Shown here: positions 9,234 to 18,019 of the stretch, in pieces
How the letters are laid out: every line of letters starts with the position of its first letter
Numbering within the stretch: the stretch's first letter is position 1
Notes under the pieces: model-generated
What the model saw: only the letters and a program-made list of their open reading frames with translations
Databases searched by the model: none
What the model was told of the DNA's origin: nothing
Assembly: GCA_963739455.1 (NCBI GenBank)
Contig: CAVUAK010000003.1
Coordinates: 320,001-384,000 of the forward strand
DNA length: 64,000 nt
Direction of reading: 5' to 3'
Source of the DNA: an uncultured Gemmatimonadales bacterium
Lineage (GTDB): Bacteria; Gemmatimonadota; Gemmatimonadetes; Gemmatimonadales; GWC2-71-9
Translations under genes and position numbers: made by a program

Positions 9234-10645
9234 TTGCCGCCACTGCGGAAGGCGTGAACCTCACGCGCGAGGCGGTGACCCTGGTCACCTACCTCACGGC
9301 GTCGGTGCTGTTCATCCTCGGCCTCAAGGGACTCACCAAGGCCGAGACCGCGCGTCGCGGCATGCAGCACGCCGCGCTGGGCATGCTGCTGGCCGTCATC
9401 GGCACGCTGATCAAGCAGGAAATCGTCAGCTACGGCTGGATCGCGGCGGGCATCGTCATCGGCACCATCATCGGCTGGCCGCTGGGCACCAGGGTCCCCA
9501 TGACCGCCATGCCGCAGCGGATCGCCATTTCGCACATGTTCGGCGCGCTGGCCGCCACGCTCGTCGGCGTGGCCGAGTATTACACCCACATGCGGAGCGG
9601 CATCCAGATCCCCCGGCCGATCATGGCCGCGCTCGGCTTCGAGGTCCTCTTCGGCTCATTGACCGTCACCGGCAGCTTCATGGCGTTCGGCAAGCTGCAG
9701 GAGATCCTTCCCGGCCGCCCCATCACGTACAAGGGGCAGAACACCGTCAACATCGGCGTCTTCCTCCTCACCGTGCTGATGTTCATCTACCTGATCGTGC
9801 ATCCCGACGCCCAGGTGGTGTTCTACGCCATGATTGCCATCGCCTTCATCATCGGCATCAGTCTCGTGCTGCCGATCGGCGGTGGTGACATGCCGGTGGT
9901 CATTTCGCTGCTCAACTCCTATGCCGGCCTCGCCGCATCCGCCACCGGCTTTGCCATCGACAACAGCCTCCTGATCATCGCGGGCGCGCTCGACGGCGCC
10001 TCGGGGTTCATCCTCTCGATCATCATGAGCAAGGCGATGAACCGGTCGTTCGCCAACGTCATCTTCGGCGCGTTCGGGGCGGCCCCCGAGAGCGGGACGG
10101 CCGAGGTCGTTGGTGAGATGAAGGAGATTTCGGTGGAGGATGCCGCGCTGCAGCTGGCATATGCCCAGCGGGTCATCGTGGTGCCGGGCTACGGCATGGC
10201 AGTGGCGCAGGCCCAGCAGGTCGTGCGCGAACTGGCTGACCAGGTGGAGCGGCGGGGTGGGGAAGTGAAGTACGCCATTCATCCGGTGGCCGGCCGCATG
10301 CCCGGACACATGAACGTGCTGCTTGCCGAGGCGAACATTCCCTACGAGAAGCTCCTCGACATGGAGGAGATCAACCACGAGTTCGCCAGCACGGATGTCG
10401 CCGTCGTCATCGGCGCCAACGACGTGGTGAACCCCGCCGCTCGCACCGACAAGTCGAGCCCGATCTACGGCATGCCGATCCTCGACGTCGACAAGGCGAA
10501 GGCCGTCTTCGTCCTCAAGCGGGGCAAGGGCAAGGGCTTCGCCGGCATCGAGAACGCCCTCTTCTTCGACGACAAGACCCGCATGCTCTACGGCGACGCC
10601 AAGGGGACCCTGTCCAAGCTGGTCAACGAGATGAAGAACGTCTGA
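9230..10645 (+). CDS. pntB: NAD(P) transhydrogenase beta subunit
   Basis: MTAMPQ, IGGGDMPVVISLLNSYAG, PGYGMAVAQAQ, HPVAGRMPGHMNVLLAEA, GANDVVNPAA. Confidence 0.96.
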   Translation: MIAATAEGVNLTREAVTLVTYLTASVLFILGLKGLTKAETARRGMQHAALGMLLAVIGTLIKQEIVSYGWIAAGIVIGTIIGWPLGTRVPMTAMPQRIAISHMFGALAATLVGVAEYYTHMRSGIQIPRPIMAALGFEVLFGSLTVTGSFMAFGKLQEILPGRPITYKGQNTVNIGVFLLTVLMFIYLIVHPDAQVVFYAMIAIAFIIGISLVLPIGGGDMPVVISLLNSYAGLAASATGFAIDNSLLIIAGALDGASGFILSIIMSKAMNRSFANVIFGAFGAAPESGTAEVVGEMKEISVEDAALQLAYAQRVIVVPGYGMAVAQAQQVVRELADQVERRGGEVKYAIHPVAGRMPGHMNVLLAEANIPYEKLLDMEEINHEFASTDVAVVIGANDVVNPAARTDKSSPIYGMPILDVDKAKAVFVLKRGKGKGFAGIENALFFDDKTRMLYGDAKGTLSKLVNEMKNV

Positions 10646-10827
10646 TCCACCCCGCGTGCATGTGGTTCCCCACCCAAACGTCTCCAGCCGTCAACGCGCG
10701 CGTAGCGGGGTAACTCCTGCATGTCCCCGCGAAAGGGCGATGCACTGCAATTTTGGCAGGTCAATGGCCGACTCGCCGACCTCGGAGATGGTCACCCGCC
10801 CAAGTGACAGTACGGCATCACGTTAGC

Positions 10828-10895
10828 TAAGGTATTGATTTTTCTTAGTTTAGCCGTTATTTTGACCGCTGCCGAGAAACGGCGCTGGTAATGCA
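10828..10895 (+). promoter_or_regulatory. IHF consensus site plus candidate sigma54 -24/-12 element upstream of sigma-70 gene
   Basis: 10828-10840 reverse complement AATCAATACCTTA fits WATCAANNNNTTR within an AT-rich patch; CGGCGCTGGTAATGCA at 10880-10895 has GG-N10-GC. Confidence 0.4.
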
Positions 10896-10949
10896 AGAAC
10901 GCATATCAGTGCCTGCAGGAACCACCCTAGTCCAGGGAGGCTGGTCAGA

Positions 10950-11849
10950 GTGAAAGAAAAGCTGCCGCCAAAGAAGAAGCGTAGGGCCGTTCGTCCGGCG
11001 CAGATCGCGCGCGCGGTCGATGAGGGTCGTGAGAGTCTCGATCTCTATCTCGACGAGATCAGTCGCGTCCCCCTGCTGAATCGCGAGGAGGAAATGGAAC
11101 TCGCGCGCAAGGCGTTCAAGGGGAGCATTGTGGCGCAGGAGCGCCTGGCCCGCCACAACGTCCGCTTCGTCGTGTCGGTTGCCAAGAAGTTCCAGAATCG
11201 TGGTGTTCCGCTGGTCGATCTCATCGGCGAGGGCAATCTCGGTCTCATGACCGCAGCCCGGAAGTTCGATCCCGATCGCGGCGTGAAGTTTATTTCGTAC
11301 GCGGTGTGGTGGATTCGCCAGGCAGTGCAGGCGGCCATCGCGCGTCACGGCCGGCCGGTCCGGGTGCCACTGAACCGCACCGCCGACCTGAGCCGTCTTG
11401 GTCGTACCACCACGCTCCTCAAGGATCGCCTTGGTCGCATGCCGACCACCGAGGAGCTGGCGCGTGCAACGGGCCTCACCGTGGAAGCGGTTCGCAGCCT
11501 CTCCGCCCTCAACACCGAGGCGGTCCGGCTGGACCACCCCACCCGCGATGGTGACGGGAACGAGCGCATGGAGCGGTTTGCCTCGGCGGATGCCGAGGGC
11601 ACTGATACCGCGGCCATGCAGAACAGCCAGACGCACGATATCGAGCTGGCGCTTGCGACCCTGCCTCCGCGCGATGCGAAGGTGCTGCGGCTCTACTTCG
11701 GTCTCGATGACGGCAACAGCCGTACGCTGGAAGAGATCGGCCGCATGATGGGCGTTACCCGCGAGCGGATCCGCCAGCTGCGCGATCGGGCGCTGCTCCG
11801 GCTGCGCGAGGGTGAAACCGGTGACCGCCTGAAGGACCTGGTCGCCTAG
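10950..11849 (+). CDS. RNA polymerase sigma-70 factor, RpoD/SigA family lacking region 1.1
   Basis: LDLYLDEISRVPLL (1.2), DLIGEGNLGL..KFDPDRGVKFISYAVWWIRQ (2), TLEEIGRMMGVTRERIRQ (4). Confidence 0.93.
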   Translation: MKEKLPPKKKRRAVRPAQIARAVDEGRESLDLYLDEISRVPLLNREEEMELARKAFKGSIVAQERLARHNVRFVVSVAKKFQNRGVPLVDLIGEGNLGLMTAARKFDPDRGVKFISYAVWWIRQAVQAAIARHGRPVRVPLNRTADLSRLGRTTTLLKDRLGRMPTTEELARATGLTVEAVRSLSALNTEAVRLDHPTRDGDGNERMERFASADAEGTDTAAMQNSQTHDIELALATLPPRDAKVLRLYFGLDDGNSRTLEEIGRMMGVTRERIRQLRDRALLRLREGETGDRLKDLVA

Positions 11850-11867
11850 TTCAAGGTCACGAATGAC

Positions 11868-11901
11868 AAGCGGGGGCATCCACTGGATGCCCCCGCTTTT
11901 T
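11868..11901 (+). terminator. Intrinsic terminator between convergent genes
   Basis: GC-rich inverted repeat AAGCGGGGGCATC...GATGCCCCCGCTT followed by a T run. Confidence 0.85.
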
Positions 11902-11907
11902 CTTGCT

Positions 11908-13005
11908 TCACACCGGCTCGTCAGGCCCGAGGGCCAGTGGTCTCGGCGGCCGCACCAGCAGTTTCCCGATTACTGCCCCGAACTTCCGGGCCGTCGTGCG
12001 CCTCGGCCATGCGTTCCAGCGATACCGGCGCAGCATGCGCCGCGCCGATGGAAGCACGCGCTGCAGGTCTTCCTCAGTGAGCGGCTGGAACGGCTTGAAG
12101 TCGAAGGGGTGCGACGCCACCGCGTCCCTGAAGGCCGTGATCGCTGCCCATTCCGCCGACAGGTCGGGCACCAGCTCGAGCGTGGCCCGCAGCAGCTCCT
12201 GGTGCGACAGCTCGTCGCCGAAGCTGTACGCCAGGTAGCGATCCTGCACCAGTCGCCAGAACGTCTCGGTGGCCTGGCTCATGTCGACCGCGTCGTACTC
12301 CAGTGCAGTGCAGATCAGTCCCCAGAGCACATGCCTCGCCCGGCCGTCCATGTTGCGTGTGGGCGAATCGGGCGCCTTCTCCCAGTGCCGCAGGTAGCCA
12401 CCAGTCATGACATGCCCTGTGGGGAACCCTGACCGCCACATCCGCAGGTTGAGTTCAGTCCACTCGCCCCAGAAGCGGCGCCGCGGGTTGAATCCGCCCA
12501 CATCGCGCAGGAGGTTTGTGTAGCTCGCCACCAGCATTCCCTGCACCGGCTGGTAGCGGAACTCCGGCGTGATGACGTGCGGCGTGCTGTCGCGGGGCTT
12601 GAACTGCTCATCGGTATCCTCGCGGTATGAACGCAGGCCGAACAGCCCCGCCGGCACCCGCTGCATCGCCTCCTCGATGGTCAGGAAGGCATCACCGTGT
12701 ACCGTGATGTCGTCGTCCACGAAGCAGACCAGCGGGCTCTTCACCAGGTTCAACTGGTAGTTGCGCCCCCCGCTGATGGTGGGATCGCCATTGTTGAAGT
12801 GAACCTCGACTTCGAGGTTCGATGCCCAGGAGCGGATGGTGCGCTCGACATCGACCAGTTCATCGCGGATGGCGCGGTTGTACACGATGACGAGTCGCGC
12901 ACCACCGGGGATCACCGTGGCCTCGAGCGACTGGATCAGTCGTTGCAGGTAGTTCTCGCGGCCTGGGATGGTGAGGGCCGTAATGGTCCATCGTGGTGCG
13001 GACAT
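11908..13005 (-). CDS. Glycosyltransferase family 2
   Basis: GT-A features: LTIPGR..LQRLIQSL, ISGGRN, CFVDDD, VGGFNP..WGEWTELNLRMW. Confidence 0.75.
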   Translation of the reverse strand: MSAPRWTITALTIPGRENYLQRLIQSLEATVIPGGARLVIVYNRAIRDELVDVERTIRSWASNLEVEVHFNNGDPTISGGRNYQLNLVKSPLVCFVDDDITVHGDAFLTIEEAMQRVPAGLFGLRSYREDTDEQFKPRDSTPHVITPEFRYQPVQGMLVASYTNLLRDVGGFNPRRRFWGEWTELNLRMWRSGFPTGHVMTGGYLRHWEKAPDSPTRNMDGRARHVLWGLICTALEYDAVDMSQATETFWRLVQDRYLAYSFGDELSHQELLRATLELVPDLSAEWAAITAFRDAVASHPFDFKPFQPLTEEDLQRVLPSARRMLRRYRWNAWPRRTTARKFGAVIGKLLVRPPRPLALGPDEPV

Positions 13006-13022
13006 CGAGCCTCCATGGAAAA

Positions 13023-13715
13023 TCAGCGTCGGTGCAGCGCGCCAATCATCTCCTTCCAGCCCAGTGGGCCGGGTGACTGCAACAAGGTCGCGCCTGGAAC
13101 TGCGGCGAGACGCGGATGGTGCCCATCATGGTTCCGGATGACGTACGGGTGCGATACGCTGCGGAACAGCGACTCGTCGTTCGCGTCGTTTCCCACCGCG
13201 ATCGCAGCACTGGCGCCGAGCCGTGCCATGAGCGCACCGGCCGCCCGGCCCTTGCTCGAGCCGCCCGTGAGTGTAGCCCACCGCCCGCCGGCCGAACACC
13301 GAAGATCGGCCGACATGATCCGCTCCCGGAATCCAGCGAATTCGTCATCCTCGGCCACCAGTCGGGGCAGCAGGACACTCGCCACCCGGAGCCCAGTGGT
13401 GACTGGAAGGAGCTCGGCGATCTGTGCCCAGGCGCCCACGTGACGCGCACGCGCCTCGATCTCGTCGCGCCCGATGCCCAGCACCTCCTCCTCGCCCGAG
13501 GGCGTCACGAGGACGCTGCCATCCTCCGCGATGGCCCAGTCCCGCCAGCCGACGCGTTCCTGCAGCGCCATGAGGTCGGCCGCCGTTCGACTGGATGCGA
13601 AGATCACGCGCCAGCGTGCGGCGATGTCTGCGAGCCACTGGGCCTCAAACGGTACGGCACCTGCCTCGTCGAGGAAGGTGCCGTCCACATCCGAGAAGAT
13701 GAGCCCCCGGATCAT
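13023..13715 (-). CDS. HAD-IIB phosphatase, mannosyl-3-phosphoglycerate-phosphatase-like
   Basis: FSDVDGTFL, ASSRT, IAEDG, SKGRA, VGNDANDESL. Confidence 0.8.
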   Translation of the reverse strand: MIRGLIFSDVDGTFLDEAGAVPFEAQWLADIAARWRVIFASSRTAADLMALQERVGWRDWAIAEDGSVLVTPSGEEEVLGIGRDEIEARARHVGAWAQIAELLPVTTGLRVASVLLPRLVAEDDEFAGFRERIMSADLRCSAGGRWATLTGGSSKGRAAGALMARLGASAAIAVGNDANDESLFRSVSHPYVIRNHDGHHPRLAAVPGATLLQSPGPLGWKEMIGALHRR

Positions 13716-13719
13716 GACG

Positions 13720-16519
13720 TCATGTGGCTTCCCCGGCGAACTGTCGCAGCACACGTTGGAGGATCCCGCCGTGACGCAGATAATCGACCTCCACCGGCGA
13801 GTTGAGTCGCACCACCGCCTGGAACCTGGTTTCCTTGCCCGAGTCGTCGCGCGCCGTGACCGACACCCTGCCGCCGGCGCTCAGCCCGACGGCGATGCCG
13901 CTGATGCTGAACGTCTCCTGGCCGGTGAGGCCCAGTGACTGCCGCGTCACGCCCGGCTCGTATCCAAGCGGGAGCACACCCATGCCTACCAGGTTGCCGC
14001 GATGAATGCGTTCGTAACTCTCTGCAATCACCGCCTTCACTCCCAGCAGCGCCGTGCCCTTCGCAGCCCAGTCGCGACTCGAGCCGGTGCCGTATTCCTT
14101 GCCCACGAGCAGCACAAGCGGCGTGTTGCCAGCGATGTATTTCATGGCAGCATCGTAGATGGACATCACTTCGCCACTGCCGAAGTGGACGGTCCAGTTG
14201 CCTTCGCGATCGGGTACCAGGGCATTCTTGATGCGCACGTTCCCGAACGTGCCCCGCATCATGACTTCGTGATTACCCCGCCGCGACCCGAAAGTGTTCC
14301 AGTCGTCCTGTGCCACGCCGTGCTCCAGCAGGTATCGCGCGGCGGGCCCGTTCTTCGGGATCGACCCTGCCGGCGAGATGTGATCGGTGGTCACCGAATC
14401 GCCCAGCACCGCCAGCACCCGCGCTCCGCTGATGTCTACCAGCGGCTTCGGCTCCGGGCTCAGGTTCTGGAAGAACGGCGGCTCCTGCACGTACGTGGAG
14501 TCCACGTCCCACGCGTAGCGGCTGCCGGTCGGCACCGGCAGCGCCTGCCACGCCTCGTCGCCGTCGAACACCTTGCCATACCGGCTGGTGAACAGCTCCG
14601 GCTTGAGTGCCGCCGCCATGGTGTCCTTGATCTCCTGTCGCACTCGGCCAGATGTCGCGCAGGAACACCGGCGAGCCATCCGTGCCGGTGCCGAGCGGCT
14701 CCGTCTCCACGTCGAGATCGATGCGACCCGCGAGCGCGAACGCCACCACGAGCAGCGGTGACGCGAGGTAGTTGGCCCGCACCGACGGATGCACCCGTGC
14801 CTCGAAGTTCCGGTTGCCGCTCAGCACTGCGGCCGCCACCAGGCCGTGATCCTCGATCGCCTTGCCAATGGCCTCGGGGAGCGGGCCGCTGTTCCCGATG
14901 CACGTCGTGCAGCCGTAGCCCACGGTCTGGAATCCGAGCGTGTCGAGGTGCGGCTGCAGGCCTGACCCCTCGAGGTATCCCGTCACCACGCGCGATCCCG
15001 GGGCGAGGCTCGTCTTCACCCACGGCTTCGTGCGGAGTCCCTTCGCGATCGCTTTCTTCGCCAGGAGGCCCGCGCCGATCATCACCGAGGGATTGGACGT
15101 ATTGGTGCAGCTGGTGATCGCCGCGATCACCACCGACCCGTCGCGGAGATGAAACCGCTCGCCATCCTGTTCGCACTCGACCTGGGGCGGCAGGTCCTCC
15201 ACCACCGTCTCCGGATGACCCAGCATCACGTTGCCGCCGCCCTCGCCGATCCACCGCGAGTACGCCGCTTCTGCCACCTCGCGCCGCGCTGCCGGCGTCT
15301 TCGGGCTCATGAGCGACGGGAGGTTGACGTAGAAATTGCGCTTGAGCGTGTCGAGCGGCACGAGATCCTGCGGACGCTTGGGGCCTGCCATGCTCGACTT
15401 CACCGTGGACAGGTCGAGCTCGAGCGTCGCCGTGAACTCGGGGTCGGGCGTTGCATCGGTGCGGAAAAGTCCCTGCGCCTTGTAGTACGCCTCGGCCATC
15501 TTCACTGTGTGCGCGTCGCGGCCGGTGCGCTCGAGGTAGCGGATCGTCTCGGCGTCCACCGGAAAGAAGCCCATCGTGGCGCCGTACTCCGGGGCCATGT
15601 TCGCGATCGTGGCGCGGTCGGCGAGGCCAAGGCTCGAGAGGCCCGGGCCATAGAACTCGACGAACTTGTCCACCACGCCCTTCTTCCGCAGCATCTGCGT
15701 GGCGGTGAGCACCAGGTCGGTCGCGGTCGTGCCGAGGGGTAGTTCGCCGGTCAGCTTCATGCCGATGACGTCGGGAATGAGCATGAAGTACGGCTGGCCC
15801 AGCATCACCGCTTCCGCTTCGATCCCGCCCACGCCCCAGCCCAGGACGCCCAGGCCGTTGATCATCGTGGTGTGCGAGTCGGTGCCGACGCAGCTGTCCG
15901 GGTAGGCCGTGAGCGCGCCGTGCTGGTCGCGCACCTGCACCAGCGGCGCCAGGTACTCGAGGTTTACCTGGTGCACGATGCCTGTGCCCGGCGGGACGGC
16001 GCGGAAGTTCTCGAACGCGCGTTGCGCAAACTTGAGCAGCTGGTAACGCTCACGGTTCCGGTCGTACTCCAGTGCCACGTTCAGGGCCAGCGCGCGATCG
16101 CTGCCGAAGTGGTCCACCTGCACCGAGTGGTCGATCACCAGGTCGCAGGGCACGAGCGGGTTGATCCGGTTCGGGTCCCCCTTCATGCGGACGACGGCAT
16201 CGCGCATCGCCGCGAGGTCCACCACGCACGGTACGCCGGTGAAGTCCTGCAGCACCACCCGCGCCGGCATGAGCGGGATCTCACCCCGGGACGCGTCCAC
16301 CGCCTTCCAGGCCATGATGTCCCTGACATGCTGCTCCGTTACGATTCCATGTCCGGCAAAGCGCAACGCGTTCTCGAGCAGGATGCGGATCGAGAAGGGC
16401 AGCCGGTCGAGCCGGCCGAGCCCCTGCTTCTCGAGCTCCGGCAGCCGGTAGATGGCGGCGTCCCGGCCGTCCACCGTGAGGGTGCCACGAGATCCGAACG
16501 GATTTGGAATGGGGCTCAT
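13720..16519 (-). CDS. acnA: Aconitate hydratase A (frameshift ~14640)
   Basis: [58 protein letters not shown]; second frame [22 protein letters not shown]. Confidence 0.96.
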
Positions 16520-16617
16520 CGGGAAGCCTGCGCCAAGCGTGGGAAGTAGTACTACGTACCGAGTCTCCGAAGATAACACCCGCAAAGCGATGCCCTTCGC
16601 GTACTGGAGAATGGCCC

Positions 16618-16951
16618 GTGAAGCAGCCCGTCATGCCGTATCGCATCACCCGCAGGGACGACGGCCTCCTGCTGGAGTGGGATCAGGCGGGGCACGCCGC
16701 GCTGTATGAGGCGAGGCGCCTGCGCCTCTCCTGTCCCTGCGCCGAGTGCGTGGAGGAGATGAGCGGCCGGCCGCTCCTGCAGCCCGAGTCGGTGCCGGCA
16801 GATATCCGGCCGTTATCTGTTGGCCTGGTAGGGACTTACGGGCTCAAGGTCAACTGGAGTGACGGTCACTGCAACCGGCATTTATACCTTCGAGAAGCTG
16901 CTTTCCTGGTGCCCCTGCGACCGCTGTCGGAACGCCCGAGGGGAAGGGTAG
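16618..16951 (+). CDS. DUF971 / GBBH-like N-terminal domain protein (frameshift ~16870)
   Basis: [24 protein letters not shown], then shifted frame [18 protein letters not shown] to TAG at 16949-16951. Start approximate. Confidence 0.75.
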
Positions 16952-17033
16952 GTCTGGTGCAATTTCCTGCACTCTTATAGAATGCGTTGTCCCATCCCCG
17001 TCACAGTCCCATATCAATTTCAGGAGCAGGCCC

Positions 17034-17387
17034 ATGGACGCCTCCGTGGCCGCTGTTGGACAGACCGAGATCCTGGGTCTGCGCTTCTGGATCTTTGCCT
17101 GGTATGTCATCCTGCTCGTAGGCGCCATGGGACTGCTCGGCGCCTGGGCCTGGGGTCGACGGACCGGGTGGCGAAATCGCGATGAAATCGTCCGTGGGTT
17201 CGGCACGATCTTCCTGTCCCTCGGCATGCTCCTGCTATTGAACGGCATCGCACTACGCCTGGGAGCGGGGCTGGTGGGCCTCGCAACCGGAACCTTCATC
17301 GTCGCCTTCCTGCAGGGAAGCAAGCTCAAGCGGCCATCACTTCGCCTGGTGCGCGGAAAGGGAGTAGCCCGGCCGCGCTTCTCTTGA
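17034..17387 (+). CDS. Hypothetical membrane protein (~3 TM)
   Basis: AGGAG RBS, ATG, three hydrophobic segments. Confidence 0.65.
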   Translation: MDASVAAVGQTEILGLRFWIFAWYVILLVGAMGLLGAWAWGRRTGWRNRDEIVRGFGTIFLSLGMLLLLNGIALRLGAGLVGLATGTFIVAFLQGSKLKRPSLRLVRGKGVARPRFS

Positions 17388-17411
17388 CTCGTCTAATGGG
17401 AGCGGTATTGT
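17384..17411 (+). promoter_or_regulatory. Candidate sigma70 promoter
   Basis: TTGACT-16 nt-TATTGT, followed by GAGGAGG RBS before the GTG at 17439. Confidence 0.45.
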
Positions 17412-17438
17412 AGGAGAAGCTCCGACGAGGAGGGCTGT

Positions 17439-17957
17439 GTGGTTGCACCGATTGTCGAGCAGCAGGAACCGGTGGGTGAGGAAGGGACTTGGGTAGGCCT
17501 CATTGGAGCCGGTGTTGTTGCAGTCTGGTTCCTGATACGGGACGTCATCGCTGGACATCCCCTCCGTACGCCGAGCATCCTCGGTCAGGTGCTTCTCATG
17601 GGCAAGTCATCGCCCGACGTGGATCAGCTCGATTTCGCCGGAATCATCCTCTACACCGCTGCGCACGTCTTCGTCTTCCTGCTGCTGGGCATGGCACTCG
17701 CACATCTCATCCGGTGGTCGGTGAAGAACCACTTCGTGCGTTACGCGCTGCTGCAGGTGTTCCTCGCATTTGAGCTCTTTTTCTGTGTGGTCCTGCTCGT
17801 CTTCCGGGAGGAGACGCGGTCACTGTTCCCCCTCTCGAGTGTGCTGGTTGCCAACACACTCGCCGCGATCGCCATCGGCTACTATCTCTGGCGCCATCAC
17901 CCCGACCTGCGCGAATCCATCCGGCAGACACCGCTCGGCGCAGCACCGGTGCGCTGA
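17439..17957 (+). CDS. Hypothetical membrane protein (~4 TM)
   Basis: Strong RBS, four hydrophobic segments. Confidence 0.7.
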   Translation: MVAPIVEQQEPVGEEGTWVGLIGAGVVAVWFLIRDVIAGHPLRTPSILGQVLLMGKSSPDVDQLDFAGIILYTAAHVFVFLLLGMALAHLIRWSVKNHFVRYALLQVFLAFELFFCVVLLVFREETRSLFPLSSVLVANTLAAIAIGYYLWRHHPDLRESIRQTPLGAAPVR

Positions 17958-18019
17958 GGGCTCCGCGCCTTTCGCTCGCCCCCGTTAGCTTCCCGGCGCT
18001 CCGACCCCAGCGAGGACGT

